A stretch of 64,000 nucleotides of DNA, from the IMG/VR virus record IMGVR_UViG_2061766007_000727; one strand, given 5' to 3'. The DNA is from an uncultured virus (IMG/VR IMGVR_UViG_2061766007_000727). Its lineage: Duplodnaviria > Heunggongvirae > Uroviricota > Caudoviricetes. Below the pieces are notes generated by a model that saw nothing but the letters and a program-made list of their open reading frames with translations, ran no database searches and had not been told where the DNA came from. A program made the position numbers and the translations under genes. Of this stretch, positions 45,642 through 54,696 are shown in pieces (within the stretch, counting starts at the first letter, position 1; every line of letters starts with the position of its first letter).

Positions 45642-45997
45642 ATGAATTTAAAGCATTTAAAATCAGTTAGTTACGGGGGGGGCAATCTCGTAGGATAAAA
45701 GATGCCTCAAAATATCCTTATTATAGCGAAGAACAGATTGAGCAGATGGTGAGAGAAGAAGTGTTAAACAATTCGTTAGATAGTTTGAAAACACAAGTTA
45801 GAAATGGTGTCCGCTCATATATACACTCACTAATAAATGAGTATGTAAGTCAAAGTAAAAATCCTTCGTACGGTAAGGGTGTTATTGAAGCAAAAGGGGG
45901 TGGCATTACACACGGATTATCACCACGTTTTGTAAGCGATTTAGTTGATGAAGTTTTGGATAAATTAGGATTATCTGATTTTAAATTCAAAATGTAA
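45642..45997 (+). CDS. MNLK-leader gene split by a G8 tract (needs a -1 shift or G9)
   Basis: Late promoter at 45600; frame 0 reads MNLKHLKSVSYGGG; the -1 frame continues QSRRIKDASKYPYY...MVREE to TAA 45997. Confidence 0.7.
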
Positions 45998-46142
45998 TTT
46001 TAAAACATACTTTCAAAAACACGGAAACCTTAAAAAAGTTTCCGTTTTTTGTTTAAAAAAATTCCAACTTTTCTATTGTGGAATAACAACCAACCTATTA
46101 TATTTGCGTTATACAAACTAAAAACATTAAATATAATAAAAA

Positions 46143-46598
46143 ATGGAATATCTTACAACAGATTGGTTGGAATCAAAGGGGTTCAAGAGTAAGGGTAACT
46201 CAATATACCAACTCACAAAAGGTGACACCACATTCGGTGCAGACCTTCTCAAAGGTTTGGTTTGGATAGACGGAGAGGACATCTACGTTATGAAACGTGC
46301 CGACACAATTGACGAGTTGGCAAAAGCCTTCGCCATCTGCGGATACGACACCAAGTTCAAGTATTCGTCACCAGAGAAGAAGGATGATTTCAACTTGACA
46401 GTCGGTTGGCTTGCGTTCAACGGATTCGTGCGCACAGACGAGCATAAGTGGGAACGCAGGGGTGATGAGTTCATAGTGAGGTATAACTTCAACACCAACA
46501 TCCTTTCCGTTGTTTCCAACGATATGGTGGAGGGTTACGAGGGCAAGGTGTTGTCGGAGGATTTGGCGAGAACGATAATAAACGAGATTTTTGCGTAA
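46143..46598 (+). CDS. hypothetical protein with internal duplication (LTTDWLESKGF / LTVGWLAFNGF)
   Basis: Early promoter TATATTTG at 46099. Confidence 0.75.
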   Translation: MEYLTTDWLESKGFKSKGNSIYQLTKGDTTFGADLLKGLVWIDGEDIYVMKRADTIDELAKAFAICGYDTKFKYSSPEKKDDFNLTVGWLAFNGFVRTDEHKWERRGDEFIVRYNFNTNILSVVSNDMVEGYEGKVLSEDLARTIINEIFA

Positions 46599-46636
46599 GA
46601 AGTTATATATTGGAGTGTAAAAAGGTTTCACAGAAG

Positions 46637-46885
46637 ATGAGTAATATAGAAGTTGATAGCAAGAACGATTGGATACTTATAGCGTTGTTGGCGGCAGCGA
46701 TAGTTTTCATTTGTTTGGGTTTGGAAGGTTGCACCGCAACAAAGCATTATTCGTACAAGGTCACGTTCAACGATGGCAGTGTTGAGTATTACGAACTGCC
46801 GTATAAGGTGAAGAAGGATAGCAAGGCTATCGAGTACAATGGTGAGACGATATTGGGGGTTAAGGAGACGGAATTATTGAAATAG
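46637..46885 (+). CDS. putative lipoprotein (spanin-like possible)
   Basis: Hydrophobic signal ending LEGC; late-like motif TTATATATTG at 46603. Confidence 0.55.
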   Translation: MSNIEVDSKNDWILIALLAAAIVFICLGLEGCTATKHYSYKVTFNDGSVEYYELPYKVKKDSKAIEYNGETILGVKETELLK

Positions 46886-46963
46886 GATTTTTGCTCATAA
46901 ATATTGTTTTGAAAAGCGGAAGCGGAGATTGGAGAAATTCGGTTTCCGCTTTTTGTTTACAAG

Positions 46964-46973
46964 TTATATATTA
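46964..46973 (+). promoter_or_regulatory. putative late promoter TTATATATTA
   Basis: Directly upstream of the tail sheath gene, after a terminator. Confidence 0.7.
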
Positions 46974-47014
46974 AAGAAAAAGAATTTGTAAACGAATTTA
47001 AAACATAATAGAAC

Positions 47015-48850
47015 ATGGCAAAAGCAGAATCAATACTTGACTTGATAGATGTCAAATTTCAAGATGCAACCAACCACGTATCGTTTGTGAGCGATGACAT
47101 AATGGGTTTGGTTATGCCTTATTATTGGGGTGAATCGGACAAGGTGTCGGTGCATAACAAGACAACGTTCTACGAGATGTACCCAGAGAGTTTGCCGATT
47201 GGTGTCAAGACACTGACAGACGCAGACCGAGACATATATAGCGGTTATGCGCAGGTGAAGGCTTACTTCGCACACGGAGGCGGACAGGTCGAGGTTTACA
47301 GACCGTCAAAAGGGTTCGGTTTCCAACGTATGACGATTAAGGAAGATGGTGTATCGGATTTCGCCTTCTCGCAAGACGGTAAGCAACACGATGAATCGGC
47401 ACAAGTTAGTATTGCGTTGAAATACTCTGGCTTTGTTCCGCAGTCGCTTGCGAGTGGATTTGACAACATTGCGGTCAAGGTTGAGCCGATAGAAGGTGGT
47501 ATGGAAGGTTACGATGGTACTGATGTGGTGAGAATATCAGTACAGGGTTGCAAGGCATCCAATGGTGATACTTATGTTTACACCGAAGTTAATAATCCTT
47601 CAAATGTCAATCCGAAAAAGAAGGGTTGGTATGTAACAGATGGTACTGATTATGTTCTTACCGAAGATGAGACGGTTGTTGAAGGACACGTTTACTACAA
47701 GCGTCAGATAGACACGAGAGCCTTTGGTGAGTACGCTGACTTGGAGATATTTGAAGGAAGTACCAATCCACTTGCAAATATAAGTGGTGAGAACATCTAT
47801 CTTGAGAATGTGGTCAACTCGCAGTTTATTGATGTGAGGGTGTTCGGTGCGATTGATGGTTCTGCCATTACGGAAACAACAAAAGATTGTCTTGTATATG
47901 ACAATAACGAATATACACAGAGAGTTGACGATGACGTTAAAATCAGTCAAGACATTGCCGATGGCATAGTTGACGGATACAAGTATTTCCGTGATTTTGA
48001 GACATCGAACTGCACATTGGTAATCAACCCTTACGTTAACTCGACACAGACAAGATACGATGACATTGATGCCGCTATCGCTACATTGGCAGAGTATCGT
48101 AAGAACGTGATGGCAGTGATTGGTTATCCTGTGAATCTGCCTTACGTGGTGGAAGATACAACCGTTACACCAAGTGTGGGTATCGTGCCTTACTTCAAGA
48201 ATAACGCAGGCAAGGGTTACAAGTTCTGCATTGCGGTGCAAGGGCGTGAGATAATAACCTTGTTTGGATACAGATACACCTTGAACTGCGTAGCAGGTTA
48301 CTGCGGCAAGATGATAAATGTTGCGAAGGAGGCTCACTTGAACCAGATTGCGAGTGGTTACATCTACGGCACTTATGGTGGTTCGTTGAAGGAATCATTA
48401 TTGAGTGGTGATGTGATTGACTTGATGGAACTTGGAATCAACTCTGTATATACTTCAAAACGTGGTAACATCATTTGGGGTACGAGGACGATGTATAGCA
48501 AGCAGAGTTCTTACTTCGGAAAGACGAATGTTATGCGAGTTTGCAGTGCGATATTGAAGAACATCTATCCTATTGCGGTGGAGACCTTGCACACAGACGC
48601 AGCGTCTAATCCGATTACGAGAGCATCGTTGAGTACAATGCTGAATAGTGTGCTTGACACGTTCATCGCAAACCAAGACCTTCACGCTGATTCGATTGCC
48701 GATTGTTCGGATTCGATAAACACCGATTACTTGACGAAAGGTGGCACTGTCTTGAACATCATTTTGAGACTGCACTTCATCGGATTGGTAGAGCGTGTAA
48801 GCATCAAGATTATTGCAACAGACACATCGGTAACGGCTGAATTTGTATAG
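47015..48850 (+). CDS. tail sheath protein
   Basis: C-terminal LMELGINSV...IIWGTRT...NVMRV...VERVSI sheath signature; 611 aa. Confidence 0.9.
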   Translation: MAKAESILDLIDVKFQDATNHVSFVSDDIMGLVMPYYWGESDKVSVHNKTTFYEMYPESLPIGVKTLTDADRDIYSGYAQVKAYFAHGGGQVEVYRPSKGFGFQRMTIKEDGVSDFAFSQDGKQHDESAQVSIALKYSGFVPQSLASGFDNIAVKVEPIEGGMEGYDGTDVVRISVQGCKASNGDTYVYTEVNNPSNVNPKKKGWYVTDGTDYVLTEDETVVEGHVYYKRQIDTRAFGEYADLEIFEGSTNPLANISGENIYLENVVNSQFIDVRVFGAIDGSAITETTKDCLVYDNNEYTQRVDDDVKISQDIADGIVDGYKYFRDFETSNCTLVINPYVNSTQTRYDDIDAAIATLAEYRKNVMAVIGYPVNLPYVVEDTTVTPSVGIVPYFKNNAGKGYKFCIAVQGREIITLFGYRYTLNCVAGYCGKMINVAKEAHLNQIASGYIYGTYGGSLKESLLSGDVIDLMELGINSVYTSKRGNIIWGTRTMYSKQSSYFGKTNVMRVCSAILKNIYPIAVETLHTDAASNPITRASLSTMLNSVLDTFIANQDLHADSIADCSDSINTDYLTKGGTVLNIILRLHFIGLVERVSIKIIATDTSVTAEFV

Positions 48851-48854
48851 TGGT

Positions 48855-49055
48855 ATGAATTTGAAACGTTTGGCACGGAAAAGGATTAGAGACGAGTTTG
48901 CGGTTGCGCCATCGTCTTCATTAATCAAGCGGTTGGTTGGCAATCTTTCGGAGAGTAGGGACATTATAGACCGCTACTTTCCGAAAAGTCAGACCGCAGG
49001 AGAGTTTATAAGTGCGTTGGATGAGATGCAGTATTATTTTGAGGAATATAAATAA
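48855..49055 (+). CDS. small MNLK-leader protein (MNLKRLARKRIRD) between sheath and tube
   Basis: Shared leader pattern. Confidence 0.65.
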   Translation: MNLKRLARKRIRDEFAVAPSSSLIKRLVGNLSESRDIIDRYFPKSQTAGEFISALDEMQYYFEEYK

Positions 49056-49080
49056 GTTAAATAATTAAAATTTAAGTGAT

Positions 49081-49629
49081 ATGAGTAGGTGTATAAATCA
49101 ATTCGCAAGTATCATCACACAACCTTTGAATATTTATAATTTCAAAATTGTGATTAAGAATGCCGTTGATGAGGTTAACGAGAAGATTCTTCTTACGGTG
49201 CAGTCAACAACGTTTCCTGCTGAAACATTGCGAGAGACAACGTTGAACTACAAGGGTGAGGAGATACATTATCCTGCCAAGCCTACAATCGGTGGTGATT
49301 GGACATTCACAATTCCAGACAATGACAATGGTATGGTACACGCAGAACTTGACAGATTGAAGAATGCGATGTATGACCAAAAGACAGGCACAATGACACC
49401 AACCCTTTGGTACGATGTCGAGGTTATGCAGTTGGATTTGTCGGACAACATCGTTAAGTCTGCCATTATGCACGGATGCTGGCTTAAAGGCAAGGACAAT
49501 ACGTCTTTGGACACAAGCAATGTTACTACAAGTTGGAGTAACACCTACACGTTCCGTTACGCTTGGTTGGAGAACAAGAACATTGATGGCTTGAAAGGCA
49601 CACCGAATCCGATGGGTACGGCAGAGTAA
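49081..49629 (+). CDS. tail tube protein
   Basis: Follows the sheath; VQSTTFP...YPAKP..GDWTFTI...QLD...GCW..LD pattern of gp19-like tubes. Confidence 0.85.
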   Translation: MSRCINQFASIITQPLNIYNFKIVIKNAVDEVNEKILLTVQSTTFPAETLRETTLNYKGEEIHYPAKPTIGGDWTFTIPDNDNGMVHAELDRLKNAMYDQKTGTMTPTLWYDVEVMQLDLSDNIVKSAIMHGCWLKGKDNTSLDTSNVTTSWSNTYTFRYAWLENKNIDGLKGTPNPMGTAE

Positions 49630-49653
49630 TTAACCATATAAACGCATAAGGCT

Positions 49654-50268
49654 ATGTCAAGGAAACTGACTGCGTTTAGGGCGGCAACAATACTGCCACA
49701 AGTTACTTGTAACTACCAAATATTCATACCTTCGATATTTAGGTCAGTAATGGGTGTGGAAGCCGCTACCTTGCCGTTTAAGAAAGTGGTTTCCCAATCC
49801 GTATATATTAGGGGAATACAATATCAAATACCTGTGAAACAGACTGCACAAGGCACTTGGAGTTGTACTATGTCGGAGAACGCATTTATGGGTGCGTTGT
49901 ATCAAAGTTTGAGCAAGGTGCGCAGACAACGTGGAGGTGAGTACGAGTTCCAACTTGATAAGATTTACATATTCATTACTGATGTGTTGACAGGACTTGC
50001 GCCTGTTGCGGCTTGCATATTGAAGGGGTGTTACTTGACAGATATAAAGGAGTTAAGTTTGAATGCAAGCGGTGCTACCGAAGTGATGAAAGTACAACTC
50101 ACGTTCCAATACAATGATATACTTGACCCATCTGATATAGCCGCTTATTTGGGCATAGATGAGAAACCGTTGTTGAGTATGGCAGGAGTAGCAGGAATAA
50201 CCGCAGCCGCTTGGGGTATGTCGAAACTAACAAGCAAGATTCCTATTGAAGAACTTTTAAAGATTTAG
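49654..50268 (+). CDS. tail tube-like protein (paralog / tube initiator)
   Basis: AATLP...GTWSCTM...LKGCY...QLTFQYN tube fold pattern. Confidence 0.7.
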   Translation: MSRKLTAFRAATILPQVTCNYQIFIPSIFRSVMGVEAATLPFKKVVSQSVYIRGIQYQIPVKQTAQGTWSCTMSENAFMGALYQSLSKVRRQRGGEYEFQLDKIYIFITDVLTGLAPVAACILKGCYLTDIKELSLNASGATEVMKVQLTFQYNDILDPSDIAAYLGIDEKPLLSMAGVAGITAAAWGMSKLTSKIPIEELLKI

Positions 50269-50272
50269 GATT

Positions 50273-51031
50273 ATGAGTGATAAGAATTTTAAAGGACATA
50301 AGTTTTTTGATGGGATAACTGATTTAGAAAAATACCTTAATACTGCCGTTACAGATATTGAAGGTGATGATGCTTATGTGCCATATTTACAATCGGATTA
50401 TGCACTTGTGATTTTTAAAGATTCAAATATAAACGCATCCGATTATGAACCTGTACTTATACAAACACTTGATTTAAGTGTATTACGAAACGGATTTTCA
50501 ACTTCGATGGATACATGGGGTTTGCAGTCGGTTAATTTCAATGCAAGTAACGCATTAACATTTTCGTATCTTGGTGTGGCTTATAATGTTACAAATGATA
50601 AAGATGCTTTATATAATGCTACATATACTTCTATAATTCATTATTATTATGCAAAAAGATTTGTATCCAATGGTACTTTAAAGATAAAATTAAAAAGTGA
50701 CAAATTACCTTCGGTAATGATTATAAATACCAAAAGTAATAATATTGTATATGCGTTGTATAATTGTGTGTTCTCGTATCCCACATTTGAAGCGTCACCA
50801 CAAAACAATAATATAGCATTTTATAAGACAACAGTAACCTATTCTTCTTATAAAGAATATTTAGGTGATAATATAAGACAATTAAGTATAAGCAATAGTG
50901 GAAAGTTAGGTAATGTTGATAGAAAAGATGGAGGTATGGATGATGATTGGGTACAAGACCAAACATCTTCTGGAAAATATTTGGAAGAATTTAAAAAAAT
51001 TGCTGAATTAACAAATCAAACACCAAAATAA
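50273..51031 (+). CDS. tube-fold baseplate/tail protein
   Basis: YALYNCVFSYP...TTVTYS ending similar to the tube paralogs; synteny. Confidence 0.5.
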   Translation: MSDKNFKGHKFFDGITDLEKYLNTAVTDIEGDDAYVPYLQSDYALVIFKDSNINASDYEPVLIQTLDLSVLRNGFSTSMDTWGLQSVNFNASNALTFSYLGVAYNVTNDKDALYNATYTSIIHYYYAKRFVSNGTLKIKLKSDKLPSVMIINTKSNNIVYALYNCVFSYPTFEASPQNNNIAFYKTTVTYSSYKEYLGDNIRQLSISNSGKLGNVDRKDGGMDDDWVQDQTSSGKYLEEFKKIAELTNQTPK

Positions 51032-51038
51032 AAGAGTT

Positions 51039-51842
51039 ATGAAAATCATTTTACCAAGCAACGGCTTATTAGGAACGAGGTGGGTTGACATGAGAGAACC
51101 TACATTCGCTGACCTACGGAAGACAATATCGGAAGCAACCGCAGACGAATACTTGTTCAAATACGAGTTTGTGAAAGGACTTTGTGAGTTCGATGACAAG
51201 AAAATCACTATGGATGATATTCTGTATCTGTATGACTTGTCAGCCGCAATGGTCAGTTTCAACACCATAGACTTCAAGGTTACTTGTGATGAGTGCGACA
51301 CAACTATAGAGAGCCAATTCTCGTTTGTTACTGATGAAGTACCCATTCACACGTTACACAAGGATTCACGGAAATGCAGTAAGAAGATAGAGGACAGAGA
51401 GTACGTGTTCCATATCTTGAGTGCCGCAGACGGATTGGATATTCACACCTACGGATTGGATGATACAGAGAAGGACAAGATGATTGAGGAAGCAACCGTT
51501 TGTAAGGTGTTGGGTTACGATATAACGGATGAGAACATTGAGATGGTAAGGCAACTGCCTGTGTCGATATATGTGGCTTGTTTTCTATTCATAAAGGCTA
51601 ACAAGCACGGAATGGTGATTATGAAGAAAGTCAAGTGTCCGAAGTGCGGTAAGGAATCCGCAGTGAGGTTTGACTTGGATTCATCGTGGGTTAAGATAGA
51701 CTTGCCTACGTTCATAGGGCAGTACGCACAAGTGAGAGACTGCTTGGATTTCAAATCGTTCTTGAAGTTCACGCTGCCAGAGTATAAGAATTTTGTTGAG
51801 TATTTGAACGCAGAAACCAAAAAGAATAACAATGAGTGGTAG
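51039..51842 (+). CDS. baseplate hub assembly chaperone (T4 gp26/gp51-like)
   Basis: ILPSNG start, CDEC and CPKCG zinc knuckles. Confidence 0.7.
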   Translation: MKIILPSNGLLGTRWVDMREPTFADLRKTISEATADEYLFKYEFVKGLCEFDDKKITMDDILYLYDLSAAMVSFNTIDFKVTCDECDTTIESQFSFVTDEVPIHTLHKDSRKCSKKIEDREYVFHILSAADGLDIHTYGLDDTEKDKMIEEATVCKVLGYDITDENIEMVRQLPVSIYVACFLFIKANKHGMVIMKKVKCPKCGKESAVRFDLDSSWVKIDLPTFIGQYAQVRDCLDFKSFLKFTLPEYKNFVEYLNAETKKNNNEW

Positions 51843-53349
51843 TAAGTTAGTTGAGAATCTTGCCGAATCGTTGGTTAACGAGTTGAGCGAAAGTAAGACA
51901 TTGGACTTGATGAACGATGCGAAGTTTAGCGAGTTCACGGACTTGCTATGGGAGATTCTTGACAGACAGGACAAGGCGGAAGATAGGGAGAAAGAGAAGG
52001 AAGAAAAGGAAAAACAAGAGAGCGAGAACGAAAAAGAAGTCACCGATAGTGTGAAAGCACTTGCGGAGAAGATAACCGAGTATTTTGGTAAAGGTGGTGA
52101 TAAAGGTGGTTCGGCTGACGGTAAGACCGACAAGATACTCAAGATTGTGCAGAACCTACAAAACGATGGCAAGGAAAGTGGTGAGAGCGATGATGAGAAG
52201 AAGAAAAAGAAGTTGACTTTGGGTAAGAAAACGAAAGAGCAGAAGGAACTTGAGGAAACCAAAGAGAAAAAGGAAGAAGAAAAGAAAGAAGAAGAAAAGG
52301 CACAACTTGACAAGAAAACTATTGCCATGCTCGCTAAACTCTCAAAGGACTTTGAGAAATCGGAGAAAGAACGCAAGAAACAGAACTCCTTTGTTCGGAA
52401 GGGATTGAAACGTGTTGAGCGTAAAATTGGTAGTCTGTTGTGGAAAGCGTTGAACAAGTTCAAGGGGGTACTGCTTATCGGTGCTTTGATATTCTTTAGG
52501 AAACCAATTATCAATTTCTTCAAGAAGATATGGAGTGAGTATTTAGAGCCATACGTTAAACCTTTGGTTTTTAAGTTAGGTGAGAAAGTAGGAAATTTAT
52601 GGAATGATATTAAGGGGTGGATTAAGGGTGAGTTCCCAGAGTTAGTGGATTGGATAAATAAAGACTGGCCTAAAGTTAAAAATTGGTTCAAGGAAAATTG
52701 GGACAAGACGAAAAAGTGGTTTTTGGAAACATTTCCACAGATTCAAGATGCCTTTGATGCGATATTGGATAGTTGGGTTGTTAGACATTTCAAGAAAGAA
52801 AAGATTGATGAGAAACGTCAAGAAACACAAGAGAAATGGCAAGATGCAATTAAAAAATACGGTTATGATTCTTTACAAGCAAAAGAGTTAGAATATCAAA
52901 TTGAAGATTTAACATATCAATATCGTGAAGCCGACCATCAGTTCAAAGGTGAGGATAAAACTGCATTGGGACTTAATGGTCAAACGGTATTGACGGGTGG
53001 TGAATCTTATGGTAAACAAGAATTAGAGAGATTAAATACCTTAAAAAAACAATTAGAAGGTTACAAAAGAGCAGGTGACAAAGCAAGTGGTATTGTTAAT
53101 GATGCTATAACTAATGATAAACCATTTTTAGGTGGTTCGTCTCTTACAATTCCATCGGATGTTAATAATACCAATTTTTTAGAAAATGCCAATACTTATG
53201 GTGGAGACAGTGGTCAATATCAATTAGGTGATACTGATAGTGGCAAGAATACCAATCTTATTGATAATAGTCATCAAGGTATGTATATATTTGCACCCAC
53301 GTATTTAACCACATATAAAAGTCCGCCTGTTGAAAAAAACTATGAATAA
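51832..53349 (+). CDS. putative tape-measure-like protein
   Basis: Coiled coil, a hydrophobic segment and periodic W repeats (LWNDIKGWIK..W..W..W). Confidence 0.6.
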   Translation: MSGSKLVENLAESLVNELSESKTLDLMNDAKFSEFTDLLWEILDRQDKAEDREKEKEEKEKQESENEKEVTDSVKALAEKITEYFGKGGDKGGSADGKTDKILKIVQNLQNDGKESGESDDEKKKKKLTLGKKTKEQKELEETKEKKEEEKKEEEKAQLDKKTIAMLAKLSKDFEKSEKERKKQNSFVRKGLKRVERKIGSLLWKALNKFKGVLLIGALIFFRKPIINFFKKIWSEYLEPYVKPLVFKLGEKVGNLWNDIKGWIKGEFPELVDWINKDWPKVKNWFKENWDKTKKWFLETFPQIQDAFDAILDSWVVRHFKKEKIDEKRQETQEKWQDAIKKYGYDSLQAKELEYQIEDLTYQYREADHQFKGEDKTALGLNGQTVLTGGESYGKQELERLNTLKKQLEGYKRAGDKASGIVNDAITNDKPFLGGSSLTIPSDVNNTNFLENANTYGGDSGQYQLGDTDSGKNTNLIDNSHQGMYIFAPTYLTTYKSPPVEKNYE

Positions 53350-54618
53350 ATGTTAAAATCCTTATTAAAGATATTACTACTCATATTCAAGTTTCTTTTG
53401 AAGGTTGCAAGAATCTTCGCATTCAAGAAACTTGAATCGTTTATAGATGGTTTCTTGAAACATAATGACATCAAGGAAACGGAAATCAAACCATCACTTA
53501 AACTCAAAGGTGGTGTTGGTGTTAGTAAGAAACCCACCATCAAGAAACTCACAATCAAGCGTGATGAGCCGAAGGAAGAAGAATCCGAAGAACCAACCGA
53601 AAAGGAAATATCCGTAAGTAGATATGATACTGATTCCGATACAAATAAGGGTAAAGGTTTATCTGCAACATCCGCACTTGTAATGGCAGGGGTTGCAGTA
53701 GGTGCAGGTATAGGTATAGCGTCAATCGTTAGAAACAAGGACGAAAAACCAAAGGAAGGTAATTTGAGTGATGTGGAGTTCTCACAAGACGATACCTATG
53801 ATGAAATCTTTATGAAAGGTTTCAAGAAATCCGCAGGAATGGATTACACCTTTGAAGGTGAAGGGAAAAGTGTTTCATTCAGTGATTTTATGAGTGGGTT
53901 CAAAAAAGGTGCTAAAAGTGATAAGGATTTTTCATATTCCAAATTCTTTGGCACTAAACGAGAGTGGTTTGAGAGACCGAAGAAATACCAACAATACACC
54001 ACCGCAAGGCGTATGGGGCAGAATATGGACTTTATGGACAGATATTCGTATGACCAAAGGAAACAAGCGATAGGCAGTAGGAAGATAAACGAAATCATCA
54101 TCCACTGCACCGCAACCCCAGATGGTAGGGAAGTGAGTTTGGAAGAATTGTATAATTGGCATAAGGCGAGAAACTTTATAGATATTGGTTATCATTTTGT
54201 GGTGCATATTGACGGAACGATAGAATCCGCAAGACCACTGCACATTATGGGCGCACACTGCGAGGGACACAACGCACATTCGATAGGTATAAGTTACGTT
54301 GGTGGAACGAGAAGTGATGACCCGCAGAAACCGAAGGATACGAGAACCGAAGCACAGAGAACGCAGATATGGAACTTGGTTTACTATCTGTTGAGATATT
54401 TTCCGTCAGCGTCAGTACACGGACACAATGAGTATGCGGCAAAGGCTTGTCCTTGTTTCAATGTAAAGCAAGAGTGGAACGATTTACAATATGGTAAGAA
54501 ACGTAGTGGGGTCGCACAAGTCGGCTCATCGAGTTCATACAATTATTCTTCGGTGCAAATCATTGATGACAAGAAGGTTCAAAAAGGTGATATAAAGATT
54601 GAAAAAACTAATGGTTGA
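53350..54618 (+). CDS. tail-associated N-acetylmuramoyl-L-alanine amidase (T7 lysozyme-like) with long N-terminal extension
   Basis: IIIHCTAT...WHKARNFIDIGYHFVV...GAHCEGHNAHSIGISYVGG...HGHNEYAAKACPCF. Confidence 0.9.
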   Translation: MLKSLLKILLLIFKFLLKVARIFAFKKLESFIDGFLKHNDIKETEIKPSLKLKGGVGVSKKPTIKKLTIKRDEPKEEESEEPTEKEISVSRYDTDSDTNKGKGLSATSALVMAGVAVGAGIGIASIVRNKDEKPKEGNLSDVEFSQDDTYDEIFMKGFKKSAGMDYTFEGEGKSVSFSDFMSGFKKGAKSDKDFSYSKFFGTKREWFERPKKYQQYTTARRMGQNMDFMDRYSYDQRKQAIGSRKINEIIIHCTATPDGREVSLEELYNWHKARNFIDIGYHFVVHIDGTIESARPLHIMGAHCEGHNAHSIGISYVGGTRSDDPQKPKDTRTEAQRTQIWNLVYYLLRYFPSASVHGHNEYAAKACPCFNVKQEWNDLQYGKKRSGVAQVGSSSSYNYSSVQIIDDKKVQKGDIKIEKTNG

Positions 54619-54696
54619 TAATTGAAAATTTATTATATTTGAGCCAAAATTTGTAGTTTTATATATTATTTATAATAGTTTAAAACAATTGGAACG

